NCBI RefSeq assembly: GCF_006345805.1
Contig: NC_043007.1
Coordinates: forward strand, 13,888,001-13,952,000
Direction: 5' to 3'
Length of the DNA: 64,000 bases
Source of the DNA: Octopus sinensis
Taxonomy: Eukaryota
Under the pieces are notes generated by a model. That model ran no database searches. It was not told the DNA's origin and saw nothing but the letters and a program-made list of their open reading frames with translations. Shown piece after piece: positions 49,775 to 62,965 of the stretch. The translations under genes and the position numbers were made by a program. Each line of letters starts with the position of its first letter. The first letter of the stretch is position 1.

Positions 49775-50245
49775 GGTTAGTCTACCATAGCGACCCCGGA
49801 AGTGTGAAAGGCATAGATGACACTGACGAGATTTGAACTCAGAACGTAAAGAGCACTATTTGTCTCGACTCTACTTTCCCCAGTTCAAACCCCTGCTGAG
49901 AACAACTTTGCCTTTCATTTTTCAGAGGTTGGTAAGTAAAATAAAGTACCAGTCTAGCACTTGGGTCGCGAGGATTTCGACTAAACTCTTCCATGAAAAT
50001 TGCAGCCCTTGTACCTAAATTAGAAATAATTCTTTCGTCTACAGACACAAGGCCTGGAATTTGCGTGTGTGGGTGGGTGGTTGAGTGGAAATCGATTACA
50101 TCGAACCCAGGGCTCAACCGATACTTATATCGACCCCAAAAAACAAAGTCGACAACGGTGGCGTTTGAACTCAGAACATAAAGAGCCGGATGAAATGCCA
50201 CCTAAGTATTTCATCCGACACGCAAACGATTCTGCCAGCAAGCCA
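49775..50245. mobile_element. three degenerate family B SINE segments in mixed orientation
   Basis: atttgaactcagaac (minus) near 49832 and 50165; actttgcctttc..aaataaagtacc (plus) near 49905. Confidence 0.65.
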
Positions 50246-50578
50246 CCTTTAATAAGAATTTAAAAAAAAAATAATTTCCAGGTTCAAAACGAATATCGGT
50301 CAAGTACTATGGTCTGTAAAAATCGATTTTACACCCTGCCTTATATATCTCCCTTTAGTTTTCTAGTCTTGAGTTTATATTTAAAAAAAAAACAACCCAC
50401 TGTTATTGTCACAAATCGAAGGTTGTCTTTTGAATTAGCTTATATCCACCAACACATTCTTAGCAAATAAACATTTCTCCATTCGCTTCCTCTTTCTTCT
50501 GTCAGCAGATGAAGACATTGCGAACGAAAGGTGTTAACAATTGCCAAGCAAAACATGAAAATACGCAAGAACTCCATA

Positions 50579-50581
<3 letters not shown>

Positions 50582-50640
<59 letters not shown>
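50582..50640. repeat. pure (AT)n tract of about 59 bp
   Basis: direct inspection. Confidence 0.95.
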
Positions 50641-50643
<3 letters not shown>

Positions 50644-51099
50644 TGCTTTTTAAGAAGCAATTTTAAATTAAACTGAAGGATTACTTAATACTTTTTTTGC
50701 AGAGTACATATTTTATTTTCTCTACAATAGTGTTGATAGTGACATCGAAGTCCTGGGCTACTTGCATTCATCTCTGTGTATGTGTGTATACCGGACTAAT
50801 TATACATTATATATATATCGCTATGTAGTAAACACCTGATATTAAAAAATATGTAAATTCGTCAATTAGAGTGTGTGTGTTCTGAGTTTCAGAGCAGATT
50901 CATTTACATCTGGGTGTATATGTGCTTATATACGTATATATGTATATATACATACATGAACACACACACACACGTATACTATGAACAAATGCTTAAATTA
51001 ATCTAGCACTTTTCGTATAAATTACAGCGCTTGAGAAGAGATAATTTCGTAGTTTATAAACATGTAACAAACATACAAACACGTGCCATAGTATAACAA

Positions 51100-51300
51100 T
51101 ATTGACACAGCATAAAACCAGCAAGCTACAACACCTATGTGGTTTGGTCGATCGGCCGGTTAGAAACAACAGCCAAATTGCTCCGCAACCCACACCGTAC
51201 TGTTTTAGAATATAAGGAAGGCATTGGATTGGATTGAATTAAAGTGGTTTGCTTGGTCGGGGCTGACCTGGAACTAAAGAAGAACAGCAACTAGCAAACA
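51100..51300 (+). mobile_element. family G SINE
   Basis: gttagaaacaacagccaaat..ggggctgacctggaactaaa. Confidence 0.55.
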
Positions 51301-51429
51301 AACACGAGAGTGGAATAAGCAAAGGCGAGGGCGAGGGCTCCCACGGTCCGTATGCGTAAAGATATTTATTAGAACATCGTAAGAACTCAGGGATTGCAGA
51401 AACCTTTTATCACTGATAACTCATGATAA

Positions 51430-51700
51430 AACACACGCATACATACACACAGCTACTCAGACCACCTATATACTATAGAAGTGTGTGGGTACCTGTGTGG
51501 TAAGAGATTTGGAGCAGACGAGGGTTCGTTGTTGATGGGGTTGCAAATAGTAACAAAAGGACCGACAAAACTGCTTGATCGAACAAACGGACTGGACTGG
51601 AGCAACGTGTAATGAAGTGTTTTGTTCAAGAACATGATGCTCTACCAGACTAAGAATCGAAATCATAACCTTGCGATCCTAAGTGCAACACCCTAACCAC
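51430..51700 (-). mobile_element. family E SINE
   Basis: ggactggagcaacgtgtaatgaagtgttttgttcaagaac..ttgcgatc..tgcaacaccctaaccact. Confidence 0.55.
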
Positions 51701-51742
51701 TCACCCATACGCTATGTATATACATATATATATATCTATATA

Positions 51743-51978
51743 TATTTCTTTACTACCCACAAGGGGCTAAACATAGAGGGGACAAACAAGGACTGACAAA
51801 TGGATTACGTCTATTACATCGACCCCAGTGCGTAACTGGTACTTAATTTATCGACCCCCGAAAGGATGAAAGGCAAAGTCGACCTCGGCGGAATTTGAAC
51901 TCAGAAAGTAAGCGGCGGACTGAGGAGTTCAAATTCCGCCGAGGTCGACTTTGCCTTTCATTCTTTCGGGGTAGATAA

Positions 51979-51980
<2 letters not shown>
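51743..51980. mobile_element. family B SINE (minus) followed by an inverted partial copy (plus)
   Basis: 37-bp perfect inverted arms 51866-51902 and 51925-51961. Confidence 0.9.
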
Positions 51981-52012
<32 letters not shown>

Positions 52013-52014
<2 letters not shown>

Positions 52015-52204
52015 TTTCTCTTTTACTTGTTTCAGTCATTTGACTGCGGCCATGCTGGAGCACCACCTTTAGTCGATCAAATCGACCCCGAAACTTATTC
52101 TTTGTAAGCCCAGTACTTATTCTATCGGTCTCTTTTGCCGAACCACTAAGTGGCGGGGACGTAGACACACCAGCATCGGTTGTCAAGCAATGCTAGGGGA
52201 ACAA

Positions 52205-52239
<35 letters not shown>

Positions 52240-52324
52240 CATATATACGACAGGCTTCTTTCAGTTTCCGTCTACCAAATCCACTCACAAGGCATTGGTC
52301 GGCCCGGGGCTATAGCAGAAGACA
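52013..52324 (-). mobile_element. family A SINE, 5'-truncated
   Basis: tail through ggggctatagcagaagac. Confidence 0.85.
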
Positions 52325-52522
52325 TATATATATATGAAAAGGAGCCTTTTGGTAAATTTTATAGCTGGCGCTCTCTAATCGGAGATGCTACCAAAACACA
52401 CACACACACACACAGCTACTTTTCACAACAAACACTTGGAAATATTGCGATGCTAATCAAAGGACATCCTGAAAAACTTTCACACTTGCCATAAGAAAAA
52501 AAAAAAAAGAGAAAAGACTACG

Positions 52523-52553
<31 letters not shown>

Positions 52554-53102
52554 GATGTCGTGGAGGTGGTAGAGGTGTTGATAATGGGTTTTAGATTTCG
52601 AATTTGCATACGAGTAGTGGAATCAGTTCCAAAAATGAAGGAATTGTCAATTTTCCAAATCTGATTCTTTTATTTGAATTTTTTTTTTTTTAGTGTTGTT
52701 GTTCTTTGTTGAACAAGATGGGTGTGTGTATGTGTATGAATTTCTTTTTTCTTTTTGTTATTTGCTTCTCTCTCTCTCTCTCTCTCTCTCCAAGAATTTA
52801 TCATGGAGAAAAATCAGCTTTCAGAGTGAAAGCTATTAGAATCAATTAAACAGAATATCGATCGCAAACTTTATTTCATCATGGAAGTATATAACACACA
52901 CACACACACACACACCTTAGTTAATCAGGCGTTTTGGAAAGGTATCGTTATTCTAAATGACACGAACACACACACACACGCACTATACGTAATAGTTTCA
53001 AATTTTAGCACAAGGCCAGCGATTTCGAAGGACTGGGTTTTAAGTCGATTAGTGATACATGAAAATATACAGATATTTCAACGAGCATGCACACACAAAT
53101 TA

Positions 53103-53332
53103 TATATTTCTTTACTACCCACAAGGGGCTAAACACAGAGGGGACAAACAAGGACAGACAAACGGTTTAAGTCGATTACATCGAACCCTAGTTGCGTAAC
53201 TGGTACTTATTTTATCGACCCCGAAAAGATAAAAGGAAAAGTCGACCTCGGCGGAATTCGAACCCAGAGCACAAAAACGGTCGAAATGCAGCGAAGCACT
53301 TTTTGGCACCGTGCTAACCATTTTGCCAGCCC
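53103..53332 (-). mobile_element. family B SINE
   Basis: tttctttactacccacaagggg..gtcgacctcggcggaattcgaacc..ttttgccagc. Confidence 0.85.
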
Positions 53333-54001
53333 GTGTGATAATAGTGATACATAAAAACATACATATATTTCAACGTGCATACACACACATGCACACACAA
53401 TATATATATATACCATGTACACAACGGCTAATATATCCAGTTATGGATATTGACTGGCCTTATGCGTTACTCCGTAATTATGCGTTAGTGTTCCGGAGAG
53501 ACAGAAAAAAGCTGATGGGTGAAAAGTGTGGAAAGACAGAAAGCAGAGAATATGAAGAGAATGGTGAGAGATAGAGAGAAAGGTGTTGGTGAATTAATAT
53601 GTGTAAGGAAATTTAATGTGGACAAGCAGAACGACAAAGGCGAGGTTTGGGTGTGGCCTGTGTTGTTGGACAAACTAGGTAAAAAGAGATATATAACAGA
53701 GTTGACAGCTACACAGCTTACGTGCTTTGACAGGCAAACAGAGTGGACAGCTGAATGGACAGATTTATAACCGATATGACAGCAGCTAACACACGACGCC
53801 CTGACCAACCCCAGTCCATGTAAGACAACGGAGATGGACAGTTGGGATTGACAACGACTGGCATAGCTTGACAGGTAAGACAAGTGTGGGGGGGAGGGTC
53901 GCTGCTACATGGCCAGGACCACTTGACATAGGTAGAGAGGCAGGAACTGTGACAGCGGTGTCTCCATGGAAACAACTAGTTTCAAGCTGGATTGGTACCA
54001 C

Positions 54002-54370
54002 GACTGATAGATAAATAATTGGATGGACCGTGTGGCGGGATTTCAGCGGAAGGAGCGGCAACACGGTCGCTTCGACGTGCTAGAAATAGCAACCAAATCT
54101 CTCTCTTGAAACGAACCAGCCTTAAAACAAGTGAGGAGACTGCGTTGGATAATGTAAATAATGGATACTCCCACATGGTCACGGTTGGAGGGCTTTTCAC
54201 CATAGGTCTGATGGAATAGGACTGACCAGGGACTAAACAACTATGATTAACGACTGATAGATAAATAATTGGGCCGATTGTGTGGCGGGATTCAGCGAAG
54301 GAGCGGCAACACGGTCGCTTCGACGTGCTAGAAATAGCAACCAAATCTCTCCCTTGAAACGAATCAGCCT
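54002..54370. repeat. direct duplication of about 120 bp with a 250-bp period, overlapping family G SINE heads
   Basis: gactgatagataaataattgg..gcggcaacacggtcgcttcgacgtgctagaaatagcaaccaaatctc at 54002 and 54252. Confidence 0.85.
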
Positions 54371-55129
54371 GACCAAAGACTAAACTATGATTGATAGAGA
54401 GGACTGCTTGAAATATAGATGACCAATGCACAAGATAGATTTAAATAGTAATAGTAGTAGTAGTAGTAGCGGTAGTGGTATAGCTAGGTGTAGTGTACCA
54501 ACAGCAGTGGTGGTAGAGTGAGAGAGTAGGAGTTGGGGGGGGGGGGTAGATTATGAGGTGATTAAATTAACCCAGGACAAAAATATGTTAAAAGCAGGTT
54601 GGAAACCTGTTATGAAATTGGTAAAAAAAAAAAAAAATTTCCAAAACTGATTCCAGTACACTAAACAGGTAATTCTACCAACAGACAATGGACATCCAAT
54701 GCTAAAAATAAAAAAAAACCCACAATGCTGTTCTTCAATATAACCCAGAGAACTAGGGATGTTATTAAAAAGTCAACAATGGTTTATAATATAAACACGA
54801 ATCATAAGGGTTTTAACACAGCCACAGGCTGGCTGGCTGGTCAACTGTGGCCTGTGTGAAACTTAATGGCAAAGCCTAACAAAAGATTACCTTAGATTTT
54901 TTTTTCTTCTTGGTAGTAAATGTGGCATTGGTCATCTATGTTTAAAACAGTCCACTCTGTTAATCATAGTTGCTTAGTCCCTGGTTAATTTAATTCCCAG
55001 AAAAAAACATTATTATCCATGCCTCGTTTAGCTCATAATCAATTCAAACATACTTAAGCACAACAAGAAAAAGAGCTGTGTAGTTCATTAAATCAATCCC
55101 AGTATCTAAGAATGGTACTTTTTTTTCTT

Positions 55130-58100
55130 TTTGATGAAGCCCACGCAGATAAAAAGCAAAATCAGCCTCATCAGGAATTGAACTCAAAATGCAAAGGGGA
55201 ATAACTGTATATGACAAATAATGTCTTTCTATCCACTGTTCCACCAATTCTATAAACTCTTTCTCTTTATAAACAACAATAAAACACAACACTGATGAGT
55301 TTGTGATAGGCAGGATGTAATGGATCGAATTAACCCTCAGTATATAACTGGTATAAACTTAGAGAAGCCACTTCAGAACAAAATCACAGAATCTATCAGA
55401 TTCACTTTTGCCATCATCATTTGCTTTCCACCTAATTATTTCAATTATTATTAGGGTGCAGTGGTAAAATAAGGTTAGAAATAATAATAATAAAAATAAT
55501 AATGGTTTCAAATTTTGGCACAAGGTTAGCACTTTTTTAGAAGGAGGGTAAAAATTGATTACATCACCTCCAGTCAAGCATTGGAGTACCAGAGTCAAGT
55601 ACTTCATTAGGATTTCATTTTATCGACTCCAAAATGCAAAGTTGACCCCCATGTGATTTGAACTCGGAATGCCTTTCGTCAGATACGCTAATGATTCTGC
55701 TGACACACCACCCAAATAACAAGGCTGGTTTAGGTACAAAGCCAGCAATTTGGAAGGAGAAAGATAAGTTGATAACCATCAAATCTCTGTACTTGACTGG
55801 TACTTTATTTAATCGACCCTGGAGGAACAAAAAGCAAAGTAAACCTCGACCAAACTTGAACCAAGACCGCAATGAGCTGGAAGAAATACTGCACATTGGT
55901 AAAACTATTAGAGTGTTGGACAATCTATTATTCTTATCTACTCTAGGCACAAGGCCCGAAATTTTTGGGGAGGGGACCAGTTGATTAGATTGACCCCAGT
56001 ACATAACTGATACTTAATTTATCAACCCCGAAAGGATGAGAGGCAAAGTCTTACCAATCTATAATTGCCCGGGAAATACTTATTATTAGTTCCAAATTAA
56101 ACACATCCCTGGTAAGAATCTCTTAATTCTTTCCCAAGTGTATATTCAACATCAAATGGTATGTGTATGAATCAGTAGTGGTTATGAACCATTCTCATCC
56201 ATTAGTGAAGCAACTTGGCTAAAGCACTAATAATAATTTATTGTTCCGGACAGTTATTTATTGAGACATCGTAAATGTTACTTGAATTGATATTAATTCA
56301 ATGATACAAACCTAATTAATACATACAGCTGGTAATTATAAAAAGTACTTCGTACCCAACTCAGTAAAAAGGAGATAGAAAAACGAATCAGTCAAAAGTT
56401 ATCCAAGACTTGTTGAACATGAAAATCTATATACAAAAAAAAAAAGAAAAACCCCAAAAAACTACATATTTAGTTAAACCCTGTTCATAGCAAAAGTTCC
56501 CTAAATAATAACAACAACAACAACAAATGATTTAAAATTTTGGCACAAGGGCAGAAATTTTGAGAGAAGGGATGAGTCAATTACATCAGCCCCAGTATTT
56601 TATCGATCCTGAAAAGATGAAAGGTAAATTGGCTTTGGTGGAATTTGAACTCAGAATGTAGTGATGGACAAAATACCTATTTTTTTACTACCCACAAGGG
56701 GCTAAACACAGAGAGGACAAACAAGGACAGACAAATGGATTAAGTTGATTATATCGACCCCAGTGTGTAACTTGTAATTATTTAATTGATCCCGAAAGGA
56801 TGAAAGGCAAAGTCGACCTCGGCGGAATTTGAACTCAGAATGTAGCGGCAGACGAAATACTGCTGAGCATTTCGCCCGGTGTGCTAACGATTCTGCCAGC
56901 TCGCCACCTTAGCAGCGACAATCCTTTCTGCTGGAAGCACAAAGCCTCTAAATTTGGGAGAAGGGATTAAGTCAATTACATCGAACCCCAGGGTTTAACT
57001 GGTATTTATTTTACTGGCCCTCAAAGGATAAAAGGTAAAGTCAACCATGGTGGGATTTGAACCCGGAATATAGTGACAAGTGGAATAGTACTAAGCATTT
57101 AGTCCAGCATGCTAATGATTCAGCTAGCACGTCGCCTTAATAATAATAATTTCATTTCAAATTTTAGCACAAGGCCAGGAATTTCATGGTGGGGATAATC
57201 CAATTACATCGACCTCAGAAAGGGTGAAAGGTGAAGTGGACCTTGGTGGAATAATAATAACGATAATAAAAATAATAATAATAATACATATGAAAATTCC
57301 TCCAAGAATCATTAGTCTCTATAAACACGGCATCGGTGATTTCAGATACCGATGATAATATTGTCTTTTTTTTTTTTGAAAGAGGTGGAGCATAGCAACT
57401 ATTTATTTTCTCTACATCAATCACAGTATATTTACAAGTAGCTGTTTTAGAGGGATGAAAAGGAGGATAGTTAATCACGGTGTGACCTGAACCCAGAAGA
57501 GAAAATTATGACCAAATACCGAAGGTTTTTTTTTCCTTTTTTTTTTTATCTTTCATTTATTCATTTGAGCCACAGTTCTTTCTATTCAGCCACTTTCAAT
57601 GATGGCAATATTTAATATGCAATAAAACTTTACACAAAACAGAATATTTTTACTGAGGTGAGTTCATTAGTATCAAACACTGTGTGTGTATGAATATATA
57701 TGTATGGAAGTAGGTATACATATTATGTATTTGTAGATACTAATGGATATGAATGACCCTAATAAAGAACCACCTCCTATATGCAGGACATGCACACACA
57801 CAAGATGAACGCTTTAAATAAATTTACAAAATTACGGGATATGGTAGGGAAACCATAGGGAATTTTTTCAACTAAAGCACTACATAAAAAAACAAATACA
57901 CTCCAAGTCTTTTTTTAAATATAAATTTATGAAACAATACCAACATGGTCAACAAGGGTTTATAAGCATGGGGTAGGTTGAATATAGATATTTTATCGAC
58001 AGCATTGACATAAGGAATTCTTATGAGACGGTATTTGACTGGTAGTAATTTTCAACCATTCAAAAAATATCAGGAAACATCGGCATCAGTAGGAATTGAA

Positions 58101-59480
58101 CCCTGAACATAACAGGGCACAGCATTGAACAATAACGATGATAATCCTTTCTACTATAGACACAAGGCCTGAAATTTGTGGGTGAAGGGATTAGTTGATT
58201 ATTTAGATCCCACTATCCAACTATTTTGTGGAAGGTTTGTAGGAAACTTTCTGAAGTAATTAATGATATTAACTCCCAAACCCATGCTAGCATGGAAAGC
58301 GGACGTTAAACGATGATGATGATATATATATATTGGTATATATTTTATCAAGTATGATGGATGATATAAAGTGTAAGAGTAATAATGATAATGTTTTCAC
58401 AGATAGGGGGAAGTAGGATCAGTCAAGTAGCATGAAATGATCATCCCCAAGGAGAAGTGTAACTATAACCCTTTCTTTTCTATTCTAAGCACAAGACCCG
58501 AAATTTCTGATAAAAAGAGTTTGGTTGATTACATCAACCCCCATGCTCAACCGGTACTTATTTCATCAACCGTGAAGGGATGAAAAGGCCAAAGCGACCT
58601 CAGTAGAATTTGAACTCGGAATCTAAAGCTAGGAGAGACACTACTAACCATTTCGGTAGGTGTGCTAACAACTCGGCCAGTTTGCTGCCTTTATAATAAT
58701 CCTTTCTACTGGAGGCAAAATGACCTTATATTTGTGGGGAAGGGACTAGTTGATTACATCGACCCCAGTGTTTCACTGGTACTTAATTAATTGACCCTGA
58801 AAAGATGAAAGGCAAAGTCGACCTCGGTGGAATTTGAACTCAGAATGTGGCGGCAGACGAAATACCACTAAGCATTTCGTCCAGTATGCAAACGATTCTG
58901 CCAGCTCACCGCCTTTGCCTTTGTAATAATTAATACATGAGCATTCCGCCGAGGTCGACTTTGCTTTTCATACTTTCAGGGTCAATAAATTAAGTACCAA
59001 TTGCATACTGGGGTCGATCTAATCAACTAGCCCCCTTCCCCAAAATTTCAGGCCTTGTGCCTAGAGTAGAAAAAAAACAGTAATACAAGAGTGATTTCTG
59101 TTATTTACTACAAGGCCGGAACATCACAGCTGACCAACAGGCAATCTTGTTCTATATTGCTATTTCTTAACGAGGTTCTCGAGAAGGACAAATGAGAAAA
59201 AAATCGAATGGGGATTTATGCAGAATCATTTAGAGAAAAACAGGAACATTAGTAGTAAAAGTAGGGTTTCAAATTTTGGCACAAAGCCTGCAATTTTAGC
59301 AGGAGGCAAAAGTTCAGTTGATTACGTTGATCCATGCGCATAACTAATACTTATTTTATCGACCCCATAAGGAAGAGAGGCAAAACTGACCTTGGCAGTA
59401 TTTGATCTCAGGACCTTAAAGAGCAGGAAGAAATACTGCTAAGCATTTTGTTTGATGCGCCAACAATTCTGCCAGCTCAC
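55130..59480. mobile_element. dense cluster of about 15 family B SINE segments, nearly all on the minus strand
   Basis: repeated gcacaaggcc..aaatttt..gattacatcgacccc..gaaaggatgaaaggcaaagt..atttgaactc blocks; one plus copy at 58945-59075. Confidence 0.85.
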
Positions 59481-59914
59481 TGTCTAAATAGTTATGACAG
59501 GTGTAGTATTTTTTTACCAGAAAGGCAATGGATGAGGGAACACTAGAAATGATGTGGAAGGAAAACAATAGTATATTAAAGTATTAAAATGAGATGTCCT
59601 ATAAGGGGTTAGTTCAGAGTTTGACCAAGGAACCCTGCCCCACACCAACAGACACAGAATTACCAGGATCACGGAGGGTAATGTCCTCTCCTGGGTGTAT
59701 TCTTCATTTTACCGAAATATCCACAGAATATAAGCCTATTGTTGCTATTCTTGCTCTCTTTTTCAGCAAACTCTCTGGAAAGGTGCATACCCCTCTTCAG
59801 ATAAAAATGATTTTTCTAAAACAAATTCAAGGGCCCCGAGAGAAGGAAAAGGGTACCATCAAATATATCAAGCCCCAGTTCTGCACCAATTCTTATCTCA
59901 TCGACAGGCGAAGA

Positions 59915-60275
59915 GGTGGTTGCATGGTAAAGAGTTTGCTTCCCAAGCACATGGTTTCGGGTTCAGTCCTACTGTATGGCATCTCCAGTAATCTTGTGAG
60001 TGGATTTCACAAAGAGAAACCGAAAGAAACCCATCATGTATGTATGCCTGTATTTGTGTGTGTGCGTGTGTCCCCTACCACCGCTTGACAACCAGTGTTG
60101 GTGTGTTTACATCTCTGTAATTTAGCAGTTTGACGAAAGGGAATGATAGAACTAGAAACAGATTTAAAAAAACAAAAACAGGTAATTGGCTCGATTCATT
60201 TGACTATAAAGTTCTTCAAGGCTGTGTGCCCCAGCATGGCCACAGTTTAATGACAAACAGTTTGATAAAAAGATA
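59915..60275 (+). mobile_element. degenerate family A SINE
   Basis: tggtaaagagtttgcttcccaagcacatggtttcgggttcagtcc..cccagcatggccacag. Confidence 0.75.
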
Positions 60276-61598
60276 CCAAAAATAAATAAAAAAAGACAAA
60301 GTTTTTGAAATTTGATTGTAAAATAATGTAAATGAATAAAGCGAGGCATTTTTGTGTGACATTAGATTCTGTCGTTGCTCACTTCCTATTTTTCATTAAT
60401 AAAGATTGATTTCTGTAATTAATAATAAAGAAGCTTAGGAAAAAATTTGGCTAAAAAAAAAACCCCAAAATGAGAATGCTACAAGGAAAATTTACACAGA
60501 TGAAGGAAAAAAAACGGTAGTGTTCTTTAAACGCATGTTAGGGTTTATGGTAAGATGTCGGCACAGCAAAGATTGTAGGTGCTAATACAGAATGTCTTAC
60601 AGTGTCATGATAAAATTGACAAAGGGAAGAGCATAGCAGCCGACAGGATTGATTCTCAACAATATAGCTGCAACTTTTCAACCAACCCATAACGACCCCC
60701 ACCACTACCACCACCACCGTTTTTGAATTTGGACCCATAATATAAAGGGACATAACTAAACATGACAAACATTCAATATGGCACTGTAGTTGGTTGGTTG
60801 GTTGGTTTCCTTGCCTCTAACTCTAACATTAATAATAATGTTTTAATTACATATTTAATAAATATAAAAAGCAAAAAAAAAAAAAAACATTTTTCTGCTG
60901 GGGGTTTAAAAAATTTTTTTTCTTGTATTATTTAAAGAAAAATAATTAAAATTCATTTCATATCAATAATTGTTCTGCTGACAGTAAGTTTGCAAGAGTT
61001 GGCTAGGTCTATAAATTTATAGATTTTTTATTATTATTATTTTTTTTTCAGTAATTATATACAATAACAGTTAAGTAATATAGCAATCAGTTTACACTAA
61101 TGAGCTATGTCAAGACAGACTGTAAATTCAAAGACAACCTATGATTATATTTAACAATTTTATTATAAGTGGTCTGTGTTCCATATTTAAATTAATCACG
61201 AAAGAAAGTAACGACCTGGTGGGGGATTTGAACTCACAATATAAGAGGGACAAAACTGAATTCCACCTCATGTCTGGTGCTACGGATTCGACCATCAACT
61301 ACCTAATTATATGTATACACACACACATATATATATATACATATATACAAATGACACACACACACATGCATGGATACACACGTATCAACCTGCAACCACC
61401 GTGCTGGTGTTCAGCCTCTTAGAAACAGCAGTCAAATCTCCCCGTCACACTAACATTTTAAATAGGTACACAACACAGCAATGGTCTCTGATGTAGTAAA
61501 AGACAGGGGGGTCATGGGTAGAAAGCCTATGATTGAAAGTGTTTCTAGAGGATGAATAACAGCAACACACAGGCACATTATAAACTTGGTAGCTGCTT

Positions 61599-61629
<31 letters not shown>

Positions 61630-61640
61630 TATATATATAT

Positions 61641-61996
61641 CTTTTATCCTTTATTCATTTCAGTCATAAGACGGTGGCCATGCTGGGGCACTGCCGTCAA
61701 GAGTTTAGTCAAACAAACCAACCCTAGTACTTTCTTCTTTCTAAAGTCCGGTACTTATTCCATCGGTCTCTTTTGCTGAACTGCTAAGCTACTGGGATGT
61801 AAACACACCAATACCGGTTGTCAAATAGTAACGAAGGATAAACGCAAAGACACAAACACATACACTTAGATAGGCAAACGATAGATCGGCCTGAGGCTAT
61901 AGTAGGAGACATTTGCCGAAAGGGCTATGCAGTGGGACTGAACCCTGAGCCATGTAGTTGGAAAACAAACTTCTTACCTACGCCCCACTGCCATGC
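61641..61996 (-). mobile_element. degenerate family A SINE
   Basis: tttcagtcat..ggccatgctgggg..gcagtgggactgaacc. Confidence 0.75.
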
Positions 61997-62175
61997 ACAC
62001 ACACACACATTATATGTATTTCTAGTAAAACACCTGATTTTGAGTTAGCATTTTGTTCTTGAACAGTGTTGGTAAATAACTGCACCCAGTGAATTAAATT
62101 AACATCACCAAGGCCAAAGAACTTTTATGGACCTTTGCTTCTTTTCTTTTTTACCTTATCTTATATCTTTCCGAT

Positions 62176-62556
62176 TTAACCCTTTCGTTACTGTATTTAT
62201 TTTGAGATGCTCTGTGTTTCTTTCAATTACTTTAAATATAACAAAGAATTTAGTAAAATAACTTAGTTATAACCCTTTTGTTACCAACCCGGCTGAAACC
62301 GGCTCTGGCTCTGAGTACAAATGTCTCGTTTTCATAAGTTTTGAATTAAAATCTTCCAATAAATCTTAGTCACAATCTATGTTCCTAACACTAGCTGAAT
62401 GATAACTAACTTATTTTACAAAATTCTTTGTTATATTTAAAGTAATTGAAAGAAACACAGAGCATCTCAAAATAAATACAGTAACAAAAGGGTTAAGCTA
62501 GTGTTTGGAACATAAACTGTGACTAAGGTTTGGTGGAAGATTTTAATTCAAAACTT
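62176..62556. mobile_element. piggyBac-type MITE with a same-family copy nested in opposite orientation (62270-62496)
   Basis: outer copy breaks at aacttagttat and resumes at ttaa-gctagtg; inner copy runs AACCCTTTTGTTACC ... GTAACAAAAGGG-TTAA. Confidence 0.8.
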
Positions 62557-62764
62557 AACATTGGGAAGAAACAAGAATTAAAGTATTTATATTCTTTCAA
62601 GTCAGTCATAGTTGAGAGAACTTATAACCAAAAGGCATTACAGCCATCACATCCCATTGGCTCCAAGAATACATTGTCCAACGTGTCATTCCATATTCTT
62701 TTTAATATAATGGTTGTGGTTTAAGCCCTGAGTGTTCGGCTCATTCTATTCGATGTAATCCTTA

Positions 62765-62965
62765 CCGATTCACATAGTTTTGAATTAATCATGCATTATC
62801 TCATATCTTTGAGATTTCGAAGATGTGATTATTTAACGTAGAATAACATTGTAGGGTAAGTATGAAAGCCTGGATCTGGTCAGTTTGAACAAAAAAAAAA
62901 AAAACCCAAAAAACAGACGAGATATTTTGGCTGGATATGGCCAGTTTTAAATGCTAAAGGGTTAG
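62765..62965. mobile_element. partial piggyBac-type MITE, second family
   Basis: reverse complement of 11431-11878 segments; ends aatgctaaagggttag. Confidence 0.65.
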
